From positions 48,236,001-48,300,000 of the forward strand of contig OX597814.1 of assembly GCA_951406725.2 (NCBI GenBank): DNA of 64,000 bases, given 5' to 3'. The notes under the pieces are model-generated. The model saw only the letters and a list, made by a program, of their open reading frames with translations, searched no databases and was not told where the DNA came from. The stretch comes from Octopus vulgaris (lineage: Eukaryota). A program made the position numbers and the translations under genes. Shown here one piece after another: positions 25,701-39,226 of the stretch. The stretch's first letter is position 1. Every line of letters starts with the position of its first letter.

Positions 25701-27185
25701 AATGGCCATTAACTAGTAATACTGAAATCTTTATAAAATCGCGCATTAACAGTAGATATTTGAACTGCTGCATTGTAATACAACCAAAGCAAGAAGAGTT
25801 GCCTTCTTCTAGTGGTGCAACATGGGTTTTGGCCGCCCCTTTTAAACGTAACATATTTTCGACTGCGGCAAACATGCTTTTTATGCACAATCCACACATC
25901 CTGGCACACTTTACGCTACACCACTGCCTTCTTTACAACGAGCAAAGTCGATCGAACAAAAGAAAGTAATGAAATTTGGAAGTCAATTCAAATATCTAAG
26001 GCAGATTTTGGTGGTGATGGTCTTTTTTTTTTAACTACAAAGGAATAACTAAATTTAAGCTTATTCATTTCATGTTTGTAATTGTCTTTACGTACATTGC
26101 TCTTGCGGTGTTTGCCATTGTTTTATATATTCTTGGTTCTTTTAAGTATATTCATTCGAAGTTATTATATCTTATTTCTTCTTTATTATATTTTAACTTT
26201 TGATTAAAATTAAATCTATTCAGTTGGTATTATTTATTTTACCTTCTACCAGAAATTTGTTTCATGGTTCGACTATTCCAATGCAGAACATTAAAATATA
26301 CACGAAATTAAAATAAATACTTTATTTTCGAGAGACTTCTATGAAACGACATTTACAAAAACAACGGGGAGTAATCAGAAAAATCCTAGAAGGATTTACC
26401 TTCAAAAGACTGTAAATGAAAGTAGCTTATGTCTAAGTTTTCCTGCTATAACCACTATTCTTTTTTCTCAGACGATGTAAGTCCTACTTTTGTTGTTATA
26501 GCTCTTACGGATTAGTAACACGTCGGGAGGATTTTCATATAGCCTTTATTTCTTTAGCTTACCCGAGAAATACCTTTGAAATATTGCGGTAATATTTGAC
26601 TATTTATTTACCCAAGAGTGAGATCTCTCCCTCATACAATAGGTGACAGTTTAACTTAATCGTCAACTGTTTAACTTATACATACATAGAGAGTTATTTA
26701 AAATCCCACGGCAACAAAAAGTTTTGAGGGAAATGTTTAAATAAGATGCTCTCTATGGAAGACAATTGATACTAAAAGGTAAACTAGGAAGAAAAAAAGT
26801 TCTCAAGATTAAAGAAGTGTTATATAGTTATAAACGTGAAGTGTAGCAGACAGTATAAGTTTTGTCTAGAAATAAATTATCATTAAATCATACCAAGTTA
26901 TTTTCTGACCTGAAGTTTTACAGAAAACCGTCTCGAGCGCTATCGTTGATCTTGGATGATAATGTATTTAGACTGCACAGCTACTGCCTCTGTTTACCAT
27001 CAAATTATGTTGTTTCAATCTTACCAGTCTGGGAGGCCTTAAAAGATTATGCGAACTGAACTTCCTTCCCAAAGTAACGTATAAAAAATGGAAATGATGA
27101 GAGAATATTTTCTTATATTTAGAAACTATTCAGAAACCACGAAAACAAGCAAACAAGCAAAACATTAAGTGTAATAAATTTTCAG

Positions 27186-27378
27186 GCAGCATGTGCCATG
27201 CGATCTCTGTTCAGGACCATAATAATGTTCTGTTTCATGTGATTATAACTAATTGGTTTAGAATAGATTTTGAAGCAGTTCTTGAGAGACTGGAACAGAT
27301 CAGTCAAGTAAGAAAGATACCTGAAATTAATAAATCTGAAAACCAGGTCAAGCGTTTTGAAGGATACATTATTTATTG
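27186..27378 (+). CDS. Possible isolated internal exon of unknown product
   Basis: Acceptor ttttcag and donor TG|gtaagc bracket the only open frame (SMCHAISVQDHNNVLFHVIITNWFRIDFEAVLERLEQISQVRK...). No recognisable domain. Confidence 0.3.
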
Positions 27379-29523
27379 GTAAGCAAAATTGGTTGATCAA
27401 TATGGGAGATCAGAGACGTTAGTGGATGTAACCATTCCGAAATATGTCACTGTGTTATTTGTATTATACAGAAAGAAGGCAACAATGCATATCAATATTT
27501 GAAACAATATATTTCTTAGCTATCAAGAACAGAGTAAGAGCAATAGATCAGTTGTTTGTATGTGTGTGTACATAAGCCAAACATACACGCGCGTACATAC
27601 ACACACACATATACAATATAGGAGGCAAAGGTATATCAGTGGCCACAAGACAATTAGTTTCGATAATAAGCTTGCCTTATTTAGGAAGACAGAAACACTA
27701 TTGTTCCTAATTTCATGGGGTTTTGTTTGAGATTATTATTCATCTATTGACATTGTGTTTCTCTCAATATTTAATGTAGATATGACTATTTTCGTTCTCA
27801 AACCAAACCAGGAAAACATCTTTGTTTCTACTAAAATGACTCTAACCGACGTAGACCACCTCAGATTCTAGGGATTACCTCAATAATATTCTTTGTTAAC
27901 CCGTTAATATTAGCGCTACTTTTTCCTTTCTAGTTGAAGCTTGTCAAAATATTTGTTTTCAATTTAGAGTTTTTATCACTATTTTCTAATTTTATGTTCA
28001 GAACACACCTAACAGGTTGAATCTCGCATAGAAAAATAGTCTCAATTTGAGCTTGATCTTTTATTGACCTTAGAAATAAAGCAAACATTACGGAAGCGAA
28101 AGCTTATAATATTTGCGCTGTTGAGTAATTTTACTTGTAATTGAACCAAAATCAACATGTCTTACATGTTTAATCTTTAAGAAAGGGTTTGAATATTTTG
28201 AATAACTTTTTGAAATAAAAATCTATATTTTTTCTTTTGTAAAAGAAGTTGCATTATATAATTACCTATTTCTTCGTTATCAGAACCCTGATCAAAATAT
28301 GAAATGACAAGACAGGAAATAAATTGTCATATTGAGTTTATATATTTAGTTGAAAATAAACAATTTAGACAAATAAAGAGTTCTCAGAACGTTTAACATG
28401 CTTATTCCTACCACCGACTTCGTTTCCGCGTAACTTTTTGAAAAATCAGAAGCATAGCGGATGGAGGGTGGTGGTGGTCCGCCCTGGGCGACACTTTTGG
28501 ATCTGCTGTATAAGCCAGGAGGCCTAGATGGTGGAGTGACACTTCACGGGCTGCTCGAGCGGCACACGCTCTCGTTACGCCACTGAAAAATGTTACTCTT
28601 TTAATGAAATTTTACAGATATACGTTTTTGTGGGTGTATATGCCAGTTATTCTTTTATTCTTTTACTTGTTTCAGTCATTTGACTGCGGCCATGCTGGAG
28701 CATCGCTTTGATAAAATTTTGAAAAATTTCCATTTCGGGAGTTTCAGATCATTTGCCACCCCGTCCCGACCTTCTTTCTCATAACTCTTTAAAATGTATA
28801 TTTTTAAATGGTTTTTGGCAGAAATATGTTTTCAACATTACGTAATGTTGATATTCCAGATATATAAATCAGAAAAAAAATGCAAAAGCAGAAAAATGCT
28901 AATGTTACGGTAAATGGCAGTCGGGTCGAGGAGAAGAAACCAAAACATTCCGCCCGCTCCAATTTTCACTTTTCTAAATTTTATCAATATAATTGTAATA
29001 TATAAACTTTCAAAATGCATTTCTGCAAAATAAAAAAAAAAATCCATTTATCAGAAAATTATCAAGGGAACAAACTCTGTATGGTATTGAGACATATCAT
29101 GTCATAAGAATAGTATGAATCTGGTAAAAACCATGTGATCGGTATCTTCAGAATAGGGTAAGTGCTCAACATAATAATTATGGTATCGGTGCTATGATGC
29201 TAAGAGTAGTGAATGTAGTAATGCTGCTATTTTCTTGATCGAATTTCACTACATTTCAAAATATTTTCCTGCACTTTTCTGCCAGTTTCCTCCATAAAAG
29301 CTAAAATTAGGTGGTTAATATACTCTTGACTATTTTATGAACAGCGCTAAAATTTCTCCAGTCATTCTTTTAATACACTATTCAGTTTTCATTCATTAAA
29401 TCCTTGCTGTAATTTTTTCTGACCTGCCGGTCTAATGGCACAACTTGGTCAATATTGTTGACTGTGTTTTAGTTAAAGCTATGCCTTTAATTAAGTCTGT
29501 CCAGAGTTGTCTCTCTTCGCTAT

Positions 29524-29566
29524 TTCCCATTGATAACAGCTAATGAGCTAGAAACGCGCCTGGGAA
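29524..29566 (+). ncRNA. Minimal type I hammerhead-like motif with U3-A8 core variant
   Basis: ttccca-UUGAUAA-c-agct-aatg-agct-a-GAAA-cgcg-CC-tgggaa. Stem I is 6 bp, stem II is 4 bp and stem III is palindromic CGCG; U16.1 is replaced by C. Confidence 0.5.
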
Positions 29567-30298
29567 TCCGATAGGAGGCAACACCGGACAGGTATGGTGT
29601 TTTTACACCTTTTTATCATAAGAGAAAATTTTTTCTCCATGGTAACTGCAGTGAATTTGTCTTTAGCAATTGAAATATGTCACAAACAGATTTCAACTAA
29701 CCTAAGTTCGCTTATACTTAAACACTGCTTGGTACTGACACTGTTGTAATATATATACTCGTGGGACCCATGGAAATTCCACAGAACGAAAAAGATTAAG
29801 AGAAGCTATTTAAGAAAGAAAAATTGATTTGCATTTTATTTTTATTTTTATTTATTTCAGTCACAATAATATATTATATTTTAAAATTTACCCCCCTTTC
29901 TCTCCACCTCTTCAACAAACTTTTTAACTATGTAATTCCCATCTTCATGTCTTTAACATTTCTCTCTTTCTTTTCACATTTCACTTCCACTAACTCTCTC
30001 TATCTCTTTCTTAATGTAACTGCCTCTCCTGCCCATCTTTCTATATTTGCCTTTCTTTAACGTCACCACCAGAACATTACTCTCTGCTAAATATTGTATC
30101 CTAAACATATCTCTTTCTCTTTATCTTTCCCTCCTCACCCTACAGCACGTCGTTAACGCTTCTCTCTCCCTCTTTTCTCTCACTGTCTTTTTCTTTCGCT
30201 CTTCGCCGCTCTCTTCAGCTAACTCCGTGACGCATTTGACTTTATCATTGCCCATTCTCCACTTCTTCCTCACTTCTTCCTTCTCTACTCACACTCCT

Positions 30299-30350
<52 letters not shown>

Positions 30351-30459
30351 TTTTACTCCACCTCTCACTCACTCCACTCACACCCCTCTAACTAACTAAA
30401 GTATAACGGGCAAACGAACAAGCAGATTATTATATTGATAAAATCTGGCAGTAATACAT

Positions 30460-30545
<86 letters not shown>

Positions 30546-31539
30546 CTAATGTAATATAATATGATATGATATATTTAATCCAGACCTAGCTCGCTCGAAT
30601 TATTACTTGTTCGAAGCATTGTACCAACAATATTAGATAGGACCTCGAGGCATCACTACGATGCTTTCAAACTCAGACTGGCTGTGGCTAGTATTTATAT
30701 TTAACAGAAATATAGAAGATCCTCTTTACATATACACATGTATAAATTGTTCGTGTAGGTAAATTATGGATGCAAGCTCGTGTCTATGACTGCATAGTAT
30801 CGTTTATTTCTGTGTGTTGTGACTGGCAAATACTTGGTGTACATCATTTCACTACCAGACAATACAAAACAAAGTGATAAATTTCAAACCGTGAACTTTC
30901 AGCATAACAATGCGCACGCGCGTGTATGTATGTATGTATGTATGTATGTATGTATGTATGTATGTATGTATGTATGTATGTATGTATGTATTGAAAAATA
31001 GGTTTCCATGTATATCCAAGCTTACAAACTTACATCTTTGATCAATAAGAACAGATAAGGCAACGCATCGAAAGAGTGCATAGGAATATTGCTAACCGAG
31101 TTCTCAAAGAAATATTTCGGAAATGATATTCAGCTTTGACACCTACCGGAAATAGTCATCTACAGTCTTATTTATTAGTGCAGGTAGAAACGGAAGCGGA
31201 AAACATTCCTGCAAATGTGCAAATAATATTTATATGCTAGTGAGAAGCCTGATAGTGTACATTCCAGGGCATATAACTTACAAACTTGCAATAAAACTGC
31301 CACCCTAATTCCAGATGCTACTGAACAAGGAGTGCATAATTCACACAGAATGATTATAACATAGTTTAGAGCAGAAAATAAGCAAGAAAATTTGCAAACT
31401 TTCAGTGACTGTTATAGATCTTATGATCCAGTGACGTACCCTTGTTTTGTATGCGCTTCTAGCAAAGCCCAGTTTCATTAACACTGTACACTTGTTCTCC
31501 TTCGGCAATAACTTTCTTCATCTCCCCAGGATAATTAAT

Positions 31540-32230
31540 AGTTGTCTACATATCAGCGATAGCAATTTTATTATTGTGAACATTCGAGCAATTCTTAAAC
31601 CGTTCAACTAAGCCTCAAGTCTCACCTTACATTTTCTACAGATCGTCACATAAACTTTCAGTTTTCTCTTGAATGACCATCATTCAGCTTGATCGTTGAT
31701 CCATACAACCAGGGGCCGTTGCATATTAAGCATCATAGGAAATCTCCTCCTGTTCAACGTCAGATGATATCGAAGGGTGGGATATGTATGATTAAAGAAG
31801 TACTGTGATTGAAGTTAGTAGCAAGAGACCCATGCCAATTGAATTGATGCACAAACTGAAGAAGAGGGAAGTGAGCCGTAAGTATCAGCAAGTTAGTTGA
31901 AAGCAATGAAAAACAATATCAGTTGAATTGGTTATCCTACAAATAAAGAAAAGGACAGAGATAGGAACGGATAGGTATTGGCAAAAATGTTGATAGCGAT
32001 GGAAAACAAGGTTAGTTGAATGCACAAACAAGTTTGAGAGGCGGAGAAGGGAGCAATCAGGTGTTGGTAAGAATGTTTAAAGCAATGAACAAAATATAGG
32101 CAGGGAGTTAGTGAAAAGAGTATGTAGCTGTTAACAAAAATGTTGAGAGCAGTGAAAATAAAAATGTTTGTAGGAGAAAAACAAATAAATTTAAAGAACT
32201 GAATTGGTAGGGCGGCGAAGCATGAAAAAT
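31540..32230 (-). mobile_element. Highly decayed LINE 3' relic (CR1/L2-like)
   Basis: Minus-strand ttgttttccatcgctatcaaca resembles the C-terminal motif of the 17400-18450 relic. Weak similarity only. Confidence 0.3.
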
Positions 32231-33741
32231 CTACAAAGAATGCAGACGGAAAATTACATTATTTCTGATAAATAAATAAATAAATATTTTTAAAAACTAC
32301 ATACGTAAGTATCATGATATTAATTTGTAAGATTGCTAAATTTTACTCGAGTTTTCGTAATGAAAGAGTAACAAGCCGTATTTCAAAACTAGTAGTCATT
32401 ATTTACAATTTCTCTAATTGTGGAATTCGGAAAGCAGAGTTTTCGTGACGAGGGAAAGGCTTGAACTTATTTTCTCAGTTCTACAATTATGTAAAGTGGA
32501 AAATTCATCCTGATAACATTTGAACTCAGAAAAGAAGTGGGTGTAAACAATTGTGACGACTCTGTTATTTTGCCGGTACTTATCTAACTGGTGCAGGTGT
32601 AGTTGTGTTTATAAAAATAGGATCACATACGGTCGTATCGTATAAGAGACACAGTCGCACGCGATCCCATTCTTAATGAGTCTTTACTGACCAGTTTTAC
32701 ATGCAGCGGCAAAACACATAAGTGGAATGACAACGAGATTTCATTTTGAGATATATACATTATTTATTTTACATAATTTACAATCATGCTTGATGTTGGA
32801 AGTTTGTAAGTGTTAGCATGTTTTTGTGTCTGTGTGTTCGTGAGGCGTAAAAGGTACTGACCAGTGAAATGACGATGGAATTTGGTTCACAGTTCATGTT
32901 GTTGGTATCAGCCTGGCAACAGGTAGTAACAGATGGCTTAAGGTAGTTCTTAGAAGAACTAGAACCCAAGAACAGATAATTGATTTACCGTTTATGAGGT
33001 ACAGTGTAAGAGTTCCATATCAAGATGTTGCGTCTCGTAGTTGAGATTAATTGAATCACTCGTTGTGTTTATCTTTCTCTTGATATGAATATACTTCCAG
33101 ATATATTAACTGTAGCCGTTTTTCCCGTGGTGATATTTTCACCTAACCGCTATAGTTGAATCTGTAGTTGTCTTGTGTACAAATTAAACCTTCGATGTTC
33201 GGCGATGAGTTGTGTCTGTCGCTTGGTTTTTGCTGCGTCTTCATTATATATTCTGCTTGGTTATTTTTCTCTAGTTATAGATATCCTGTAACCGTTCTTT
33301 TCGTGGTGATATTTTTACACTAACAGTATGAGAGGTATCTGTAACATCTTGTATTAATGGTAGTCATCTGCCTTTCGAAACTGGAACATGGTCGAGTATG
33401 CTCTGTGTGGTCAGAGGTTAGCCCTGAGAAGGACTTGAAACCTAAGACGAATACTTGTCTGAGAACCCTTGTTTTATAAGGTTTATGTGGCTCCAAATGA
33501 ACTTCAGAAATGGAAAGCTGTGATTGGCTGCTTGGAACTATGGCGCGAAAATAAGCGGAGGCAAATCGCGTCACGTGATAACCAGCGGTGCGAACGTAGT
33601 AGAGACCACGTGTCAGCCAATCGAATTAGTGTTTACAACAATGTTGAACTAGCCGAAGATGTTTGTAATCTCGAACGAGATTATTCTTAATACTCTCTCA
33701 AACAGTGAAGATAGCAATGAGAGAACGATATTGCTACATGT

Positions 33742-34090
33742 TGTAAGAAGCTTGCTTTCTAACCACATGGTTCCGGGTTCAGTTCCGCTGCGTGGTACCT
33801 TGGGCAAGTTCCTACTTCTATAGCCTCGGGTTGACCAAAGCTTTGTGAGTGGACTTCGTCGGTGGAAACTGAAAGCAGCCCGTCGTATATACACCTGTGT
33901 GTGTATGTATCTTTATGTCTGTTGGTCCCCAACCACAGCTTGACAACCATTGTTGGTGTGTTTACGTCCCCAGTAAAAAAAGACTGATTGAATAAGTACC
34001 AGGCTTTACAAAAAATAGTATCGGGCTCGATTCATTCGACTAAAAATTCTTCATGGTTGCAATCTAATGACCGAAGCAAGTTAAAGATAA
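33742..34090 (+). mobile_element. Diverged SINE (family B)
   Basis: ccacatggttccgggttcagttccgctgcgtggtaccttgggcaag... is colinear with 34262-34704. Confidence 0.8.
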
Positions 34091-34261
34091 TCTGAAGGGA
34101 TTGAAAAGAAATGTCTGGTTAGACAAGAATTGAACTTAGAAATTGATATGTTTTAATCACCTCCACAACTTTCAAATGTGTCCGAATATCGATAACGTTC
34201 TATTTAAACAACGAGTTCCAAAACATTTCATGCCATTGGAGCTAAGAAATAACATATGCAA

Positions 34262-34400
34262 AGCAGCTTGCTAACCAGCCTCATGGTTCCGGGTTCAGTC
34301 CCACTGCGTGGCATCTTGGGCAAGTGTCTCTGCTATAGCCCCGGGCCGACCAATGCCTTGTGAGTGGATTTGGTAGACGGAAACTGAAAGAAGCCTGTCG

Positions 34401-34485
<85 letters not shown>

Positions 34486-34704
34486 TTGTGTGTTTGTGTT
34501 TGTCCCCCTAGCATTGCTTGACAACCGATGCTGGTGTGTTTACGTCCCCGTCACTTAGCGGTTCGGCAAAAAGAGACCGATAGAATAAGTACTGGGCTTA
34601 CAAAGAATAAGTCCCGGGGTCGATTTGCTCGACTAAAGGCGGTGCTCCAGTATGGCCGCAGTCAAATGACTGAAACAAGTAAAAGAGTAAAAGAGTAAAA
34701 GAGT
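34262..34704 (+). mobile_element. SINE family B: tRNA-like head, internal (TA)n, (GTAAAAGA)n tail
   Basis: Near-identical to 57178-57583. Ends gcagtcaaatgactgaaacaagtaaaagagtaaaagag. A tail fragment also occurs at ~28650-28710 (-). Confidence 0.88.
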
Positions 34705-35500
34705 AATTACGAGTTTTCATAATATAATTTTGTGTTTTCTATATATACCTCTGGGTGGTTGCTATACCATCTGCAGACTTTGTTTTTATAGAAAATCCAA
34801 TTTGGTAAAGTTCCTCCCTCTTCAAGTGAAACTTATAATGAAACCAGCACTGCAAGCTAATGAAACATCTGTCAAATGGATTAGTTGACTATAGACATAG
34901 TGTAGTGCTATATTTGACCTAGAGAATCTCTAGTCAGTATTCTGACAAACTCATTGACTCAACATTGGCGCATTAACGCAAATTCTCCTTCTTTAACAAT
35001 TGATCCTCTGCCTCAGATTTACGACACAAGTTCGGAAAACATTTAAGGTAGTATAATGTGTCTTGATTGCCCAGTTTCATTCCAAAAAATGAGTGAAATA
35101 TGCTCTTCTAACAAAATCTGTAATAAGTTGCCACTGTTTTGCTGCTGCAAAGGATCCAAAAATATAATAATGTCTGAAATGAACTTGTACTTCCAACACC
35201 CTTTAATAGTAGCTATATTATTAGATTGCCTGTTTAACTTAATGATGGCAGACAACCGTGCAGTACAGTATAAAACTCCTTTTGCTCTGGGCTTGAGTGC
35301 CAGAAGGTACAAACTAATGTTGAAACACATAAGGAAGCACATACCTTGATAAGTATCACATACAAACGAGCAGGGGAGATTGTCTAGGAAATATACATAT
35401 CTACATGTCGAACTATTCCCTTACACCCTTTACGTTTCAAAGTGTACAAGCCATTCTTCGTGAGAATCAATGTATCTACTTTACAGCCTTTCCCAACTAA

Positions 35501-35900
35501 TCTATTATATAAAATCTATTCTGTCTGTCTGTGTGTGTGTCTTCTAGGATCTCGGACATCCTCCATCCGATTGCGCTCAAATTTGATATGTAGATACCGA
35601 CGGTATCAGGGCGTTTATAAGTCTTGAAAACATTACAAAAACGATTGCAGGTGAGAATGCGATCGATAAAACCGTGGGAACGTGCATTTGTACGCGCAAG
35701 TACATCAGCTGTTGCGATCAATACTACGCGTACAGGAGAAAAATGCACGGTGTCTCAAATTTAGGTTAAATCGGTGTTTCTCAAAGGGGAGGCCTATGGG
35801 ACGGTCGGACAAGTTGTTTTGAGAAAATTTGGCTTAAATGTTTGACAACTCAGCACTGTCCATTGGACAGTGTGTGTGTGGGGGGCGTTTTGCTCGTATT
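35501..35900 (+). mobile_element. Helitron-like 5' fragment
   Basis: A|TCTATTATATAAAA followed by (TCTG)/(TG) repeats and ccgattgcgctcaaattt, the same 5' architecture as the other Helitrons here. The 3' end was not found. Confidence 0.5.
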
Positions 35901-36899
35901 AACTATAAATTGTTACTTTTTCTATGTTAAAAACCTCTTCCAGTTACTCTGTGTTTTAGGGAGTTAATCTGGAAAACGTTTTCTTGAACTATATTGCACC
36001 ACATACTTTATTGTGGCGTAGGTTTTCAGCCAAATTACTTTACAGTTTTGTTTTCTGATTGTTTCACTGTAATATATCAAAAAGACAGTTATTGCGCATA
36101 GACTTTGTTAGAAATTAACTTGACTGTCTTCATAAAATGTCTTGCAGATACTTCTTCAGTTTTAAATGAATAGAATTGTTTGAAACAAACCAACGGTAAT
36201 TTTCCCAAAGTATAAAAAAAAAAGTAATTTCACAGTTTTGGTCTGTGGTACTTAGCAATTAATGTGAACGTATTTGATAAAAACTGATGCCATGTTTGGA
36301 ATCAACGCCCATATATTAGCATAAAACCGTCTTCACTTTATAAAATGCAAACCTTTTGCAGAATTCGATTCGGCGAATCAACAATTGAGGCAAAGTGACC
36401 AGATATGATTGTAAAGATAAAAACAAAAACAAAAACCAAAGCACACACTCACAAAAAAACAACAACAAAAAAACTCCACATAAAGTGGATACACCAAAAA
36501 TTGAGAATTATTAGGGTCTAGAGAGATGAAGAGATGGTGGAAAACTGAGATGATAGTTGGTTCTGTGATCAATGATGCACTTGGCGGAACACCCAAACTG
36601 TTTCTCAAGCGACTAATGGATATTGGATCTGAAACATATATTGTCAACTCACTGTAAAGTACTATCTTGTATTCTACAAGAATCCTAAGATAGGTTCTTG
36701 AGATTTGAGGAAACGTATTGTTACCAAGCCTCAGGAAAACATCCATGCTAAATAAAGTACACTTTGAAATGTAATGTGTGTAAGAGAATAATAGTTCGAT
36801 ATATAAATATGTATCTTTCCTAGACAATCTTCCCAGCTTGTTTGTATATGATACTTATCCTGGAATGTGCTTCCTTATGTGCTTTTCGGGTTACTGCTG

Positions 36900-38277
36900 T
36901 TCTTATTCAGATTAGTAAGCAATAAATATGAAGAAATATATTTTTTCTCATAATTATTTCAAACTATCTATGTTTCATTTCAAAATATCCAAATTGTAAT
37001 GATAATAGAAATTAGAACTGAAAATTTGTCAGTATTGAAGCACCACAGGGTAAACAATATCCATTGTGTAATTTTTTGTTGGTGTCCAAATAAATAAATT
37101 GTTGCTGCTTCCAGCTCGTGAGTAACCAACATAGAGTTGGTCGTGGGAGAAGCATGTAGTTAGGAGATGAAGTCCAACTACCTTGAGGAATTGACCGCGA
37201 GATTTGTTAATTGAAATACCAAAACTTAAGCCTCTTAAATTCTAATGAAACATATGTAGGTATGAGAGGAAATTTTGGAATAAAGACATTTTCTTCTTTG
37301 TTATGATTGTTACCTGTAGGATATGGGGCTTCATGGAAGTAACAATTAAGCGAGTTCCATTACACAGTCGAGGTGGGTCAAGATTCCTAAGTAACATAAT
37401 AGGGTCATCCAGCTTTAGTGTCAAGTTATGCGGTGGCACCCCAGTGGTTTTAAGCGTGCTCAGAAATTCAACAGGGTATTAAACAGCTTGATCTTGATCG
37501 ACTGCTTTGTGAATTGATGGAAAAGTTATTTCTTATATGTCTGTTATCTTTTGAAGTTCATGATTAAGTTTATCAATCATTTCATTCGTTGGAGCCAGTA
37601 TAGCTCTTTCACATAGCCAGTTTACATCAGAGTAATTGATAATCATGCATGCACTCACACACACATACACTAACACACACAGACATACATTTACGTAACG
37701 AATGTGCAAATAAACACACTCACAGACACATGCACTCATATAAAAAATGTGCTGTCGTCGTCGTCGTCGTCGTCGTGGTATAAAATTTCCTTTACTATCT
37801 CATACGTAACGAACGCGTTAACACACACACACACACACTCACATACACATATACACTCATACACAAAATGTGCCGTCATCGTCGTCGTGGTATAAAATGT
37901 TCTTTACTATCTCGTACAAATCCAACGCACAGACACACACACACTAACAGACACTCATATGCAAAATGTTTCGTGGTGGTGGTGGTGGTATAAGATGTCC
38001 TTTACTATGTCGTACGTAACGAACGCGCAAACACACACTCACAGACACATACACACTCATATACACAATGTGTCGTCATAGTATAAAATGTCCTTTACTA
38101 TAGAAAAATTATTTTAGTTAAAATGTTATGTTATTTTAATTGAAATGAAAATAAAATTACATGTTGACACTCGCGGGGTCAAATTGTGAAATTTGATTTG
38201 ATTTGGTGGATCCGTTTGAGAATGCATAGGGAATAGACAGACAGACAAAGAATTTTATATATATATATAGAGAGAGA
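36900..38277 (-). mobile_element. Helitron deletion derivative with PIF1-type helicase relic
   Basis: Minus strand gives WLCERAILAPTNEMIDKLN, PPHNLTLKLDDPIMLLRNLDPPRLCNGTRL and FGISINKSRGQFLKVVGL...FSHDQLYVGYSR. The 5' end is A|TCTCTCTCTATATA at 38277. Confidence 0.85.
37690..38101. repeat. ~100-125-bp minisatellite inside the Helitron (about 4 units)
   Basis: Recurring gtataaaatgtcctttactat..cgtacgtaacgaacgcg(ca)n..cactcata unit. Confidence 0.8.
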
Positions 38278-39226
38278 TGATGATGATGTCGATGATGATA
38301 GTAATTTCAATATTAGGAATTCTATGCTTGGGATTTGTCACTTTGTTTTCAAAAACTAATTAAAAACTAATTAAACATCATTTAATGCAATGTGTTGATA
38401 TGAGCTTATGATGGTTTAATTAAATGTATGCTATCATCTCACCCTCGGCGGTAATAGTCTGTATTAGTCAGAAGATGGTTTAAGAAGTTAGCTGCTTGAG
38501 TTAATTATGTGATAAAATGTTGTCTGGTACTGAAGTGACAATACACCAAGTATTCTCCAGCCCATAAAGCACACAGAAATAAAAGCAAATATTCATTCAT
38601 AGATACGAGCATACATCCATAATTTACTTATACAAACAATTTATACATGTGTAAATGCATACAGAATTTTCTATATTTCTGTTAAATATAAATACTAGCT
38701 ACAAACCGGTCTTGGTTTAAAAGCATCGTGGCGATGCTACGTGGTCCTATGTAACATTCTTGGCAAAATGTTTGTTGTTAACGGCAAGCTTTATTTCTAC
38801 ATGTCTAGACATAACACCGGCTAATTAAAAGAAACATTCTGGAGATTCGTGGGGCATTTTTATAAAAGGAAGACAGAAATAGAAAAAAAGTCCCCAGTAA
38901 TAAAATGAAAAAAAAAAAGAAAAAAGAAGAAAGGCAAATTTCAGTTACCAGCTTCTTACAACCACTAATCTACGTACATGCTGTTCCTCTATGTTTATTC
39001 TACATTTTTTCTTTCTATTTAAGGAATAGAAGAATAAAGCACAAAGCTTCACTGGTAAAACGAAAGAAAAAATGCAAAGTCCATTTCATGTGAAAAAGAC
39101 GTTTTGAAAGATATTTAACCCGTTCAATTTTATTTGCTAAATGTTATTTAAATCCAGTTTGTCGGTCTGGAATGAATATTTGTGGATTATTGTATAAATA
39201 TAATCGTATAATCCGAAAAAAAAAAT

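Noticed and set aside
28447-28585. GC-rich segment ending gttacgccactg, like a hAT MITE
   Set aside because: The left TIR is too decayed and no clean 8-bp TSD could be assigned.
32552-33640. Possible solo LTR (TG...CA)
   Set aside because: The flanks do not form a TSD and there is no second LTR or PBS evidence.
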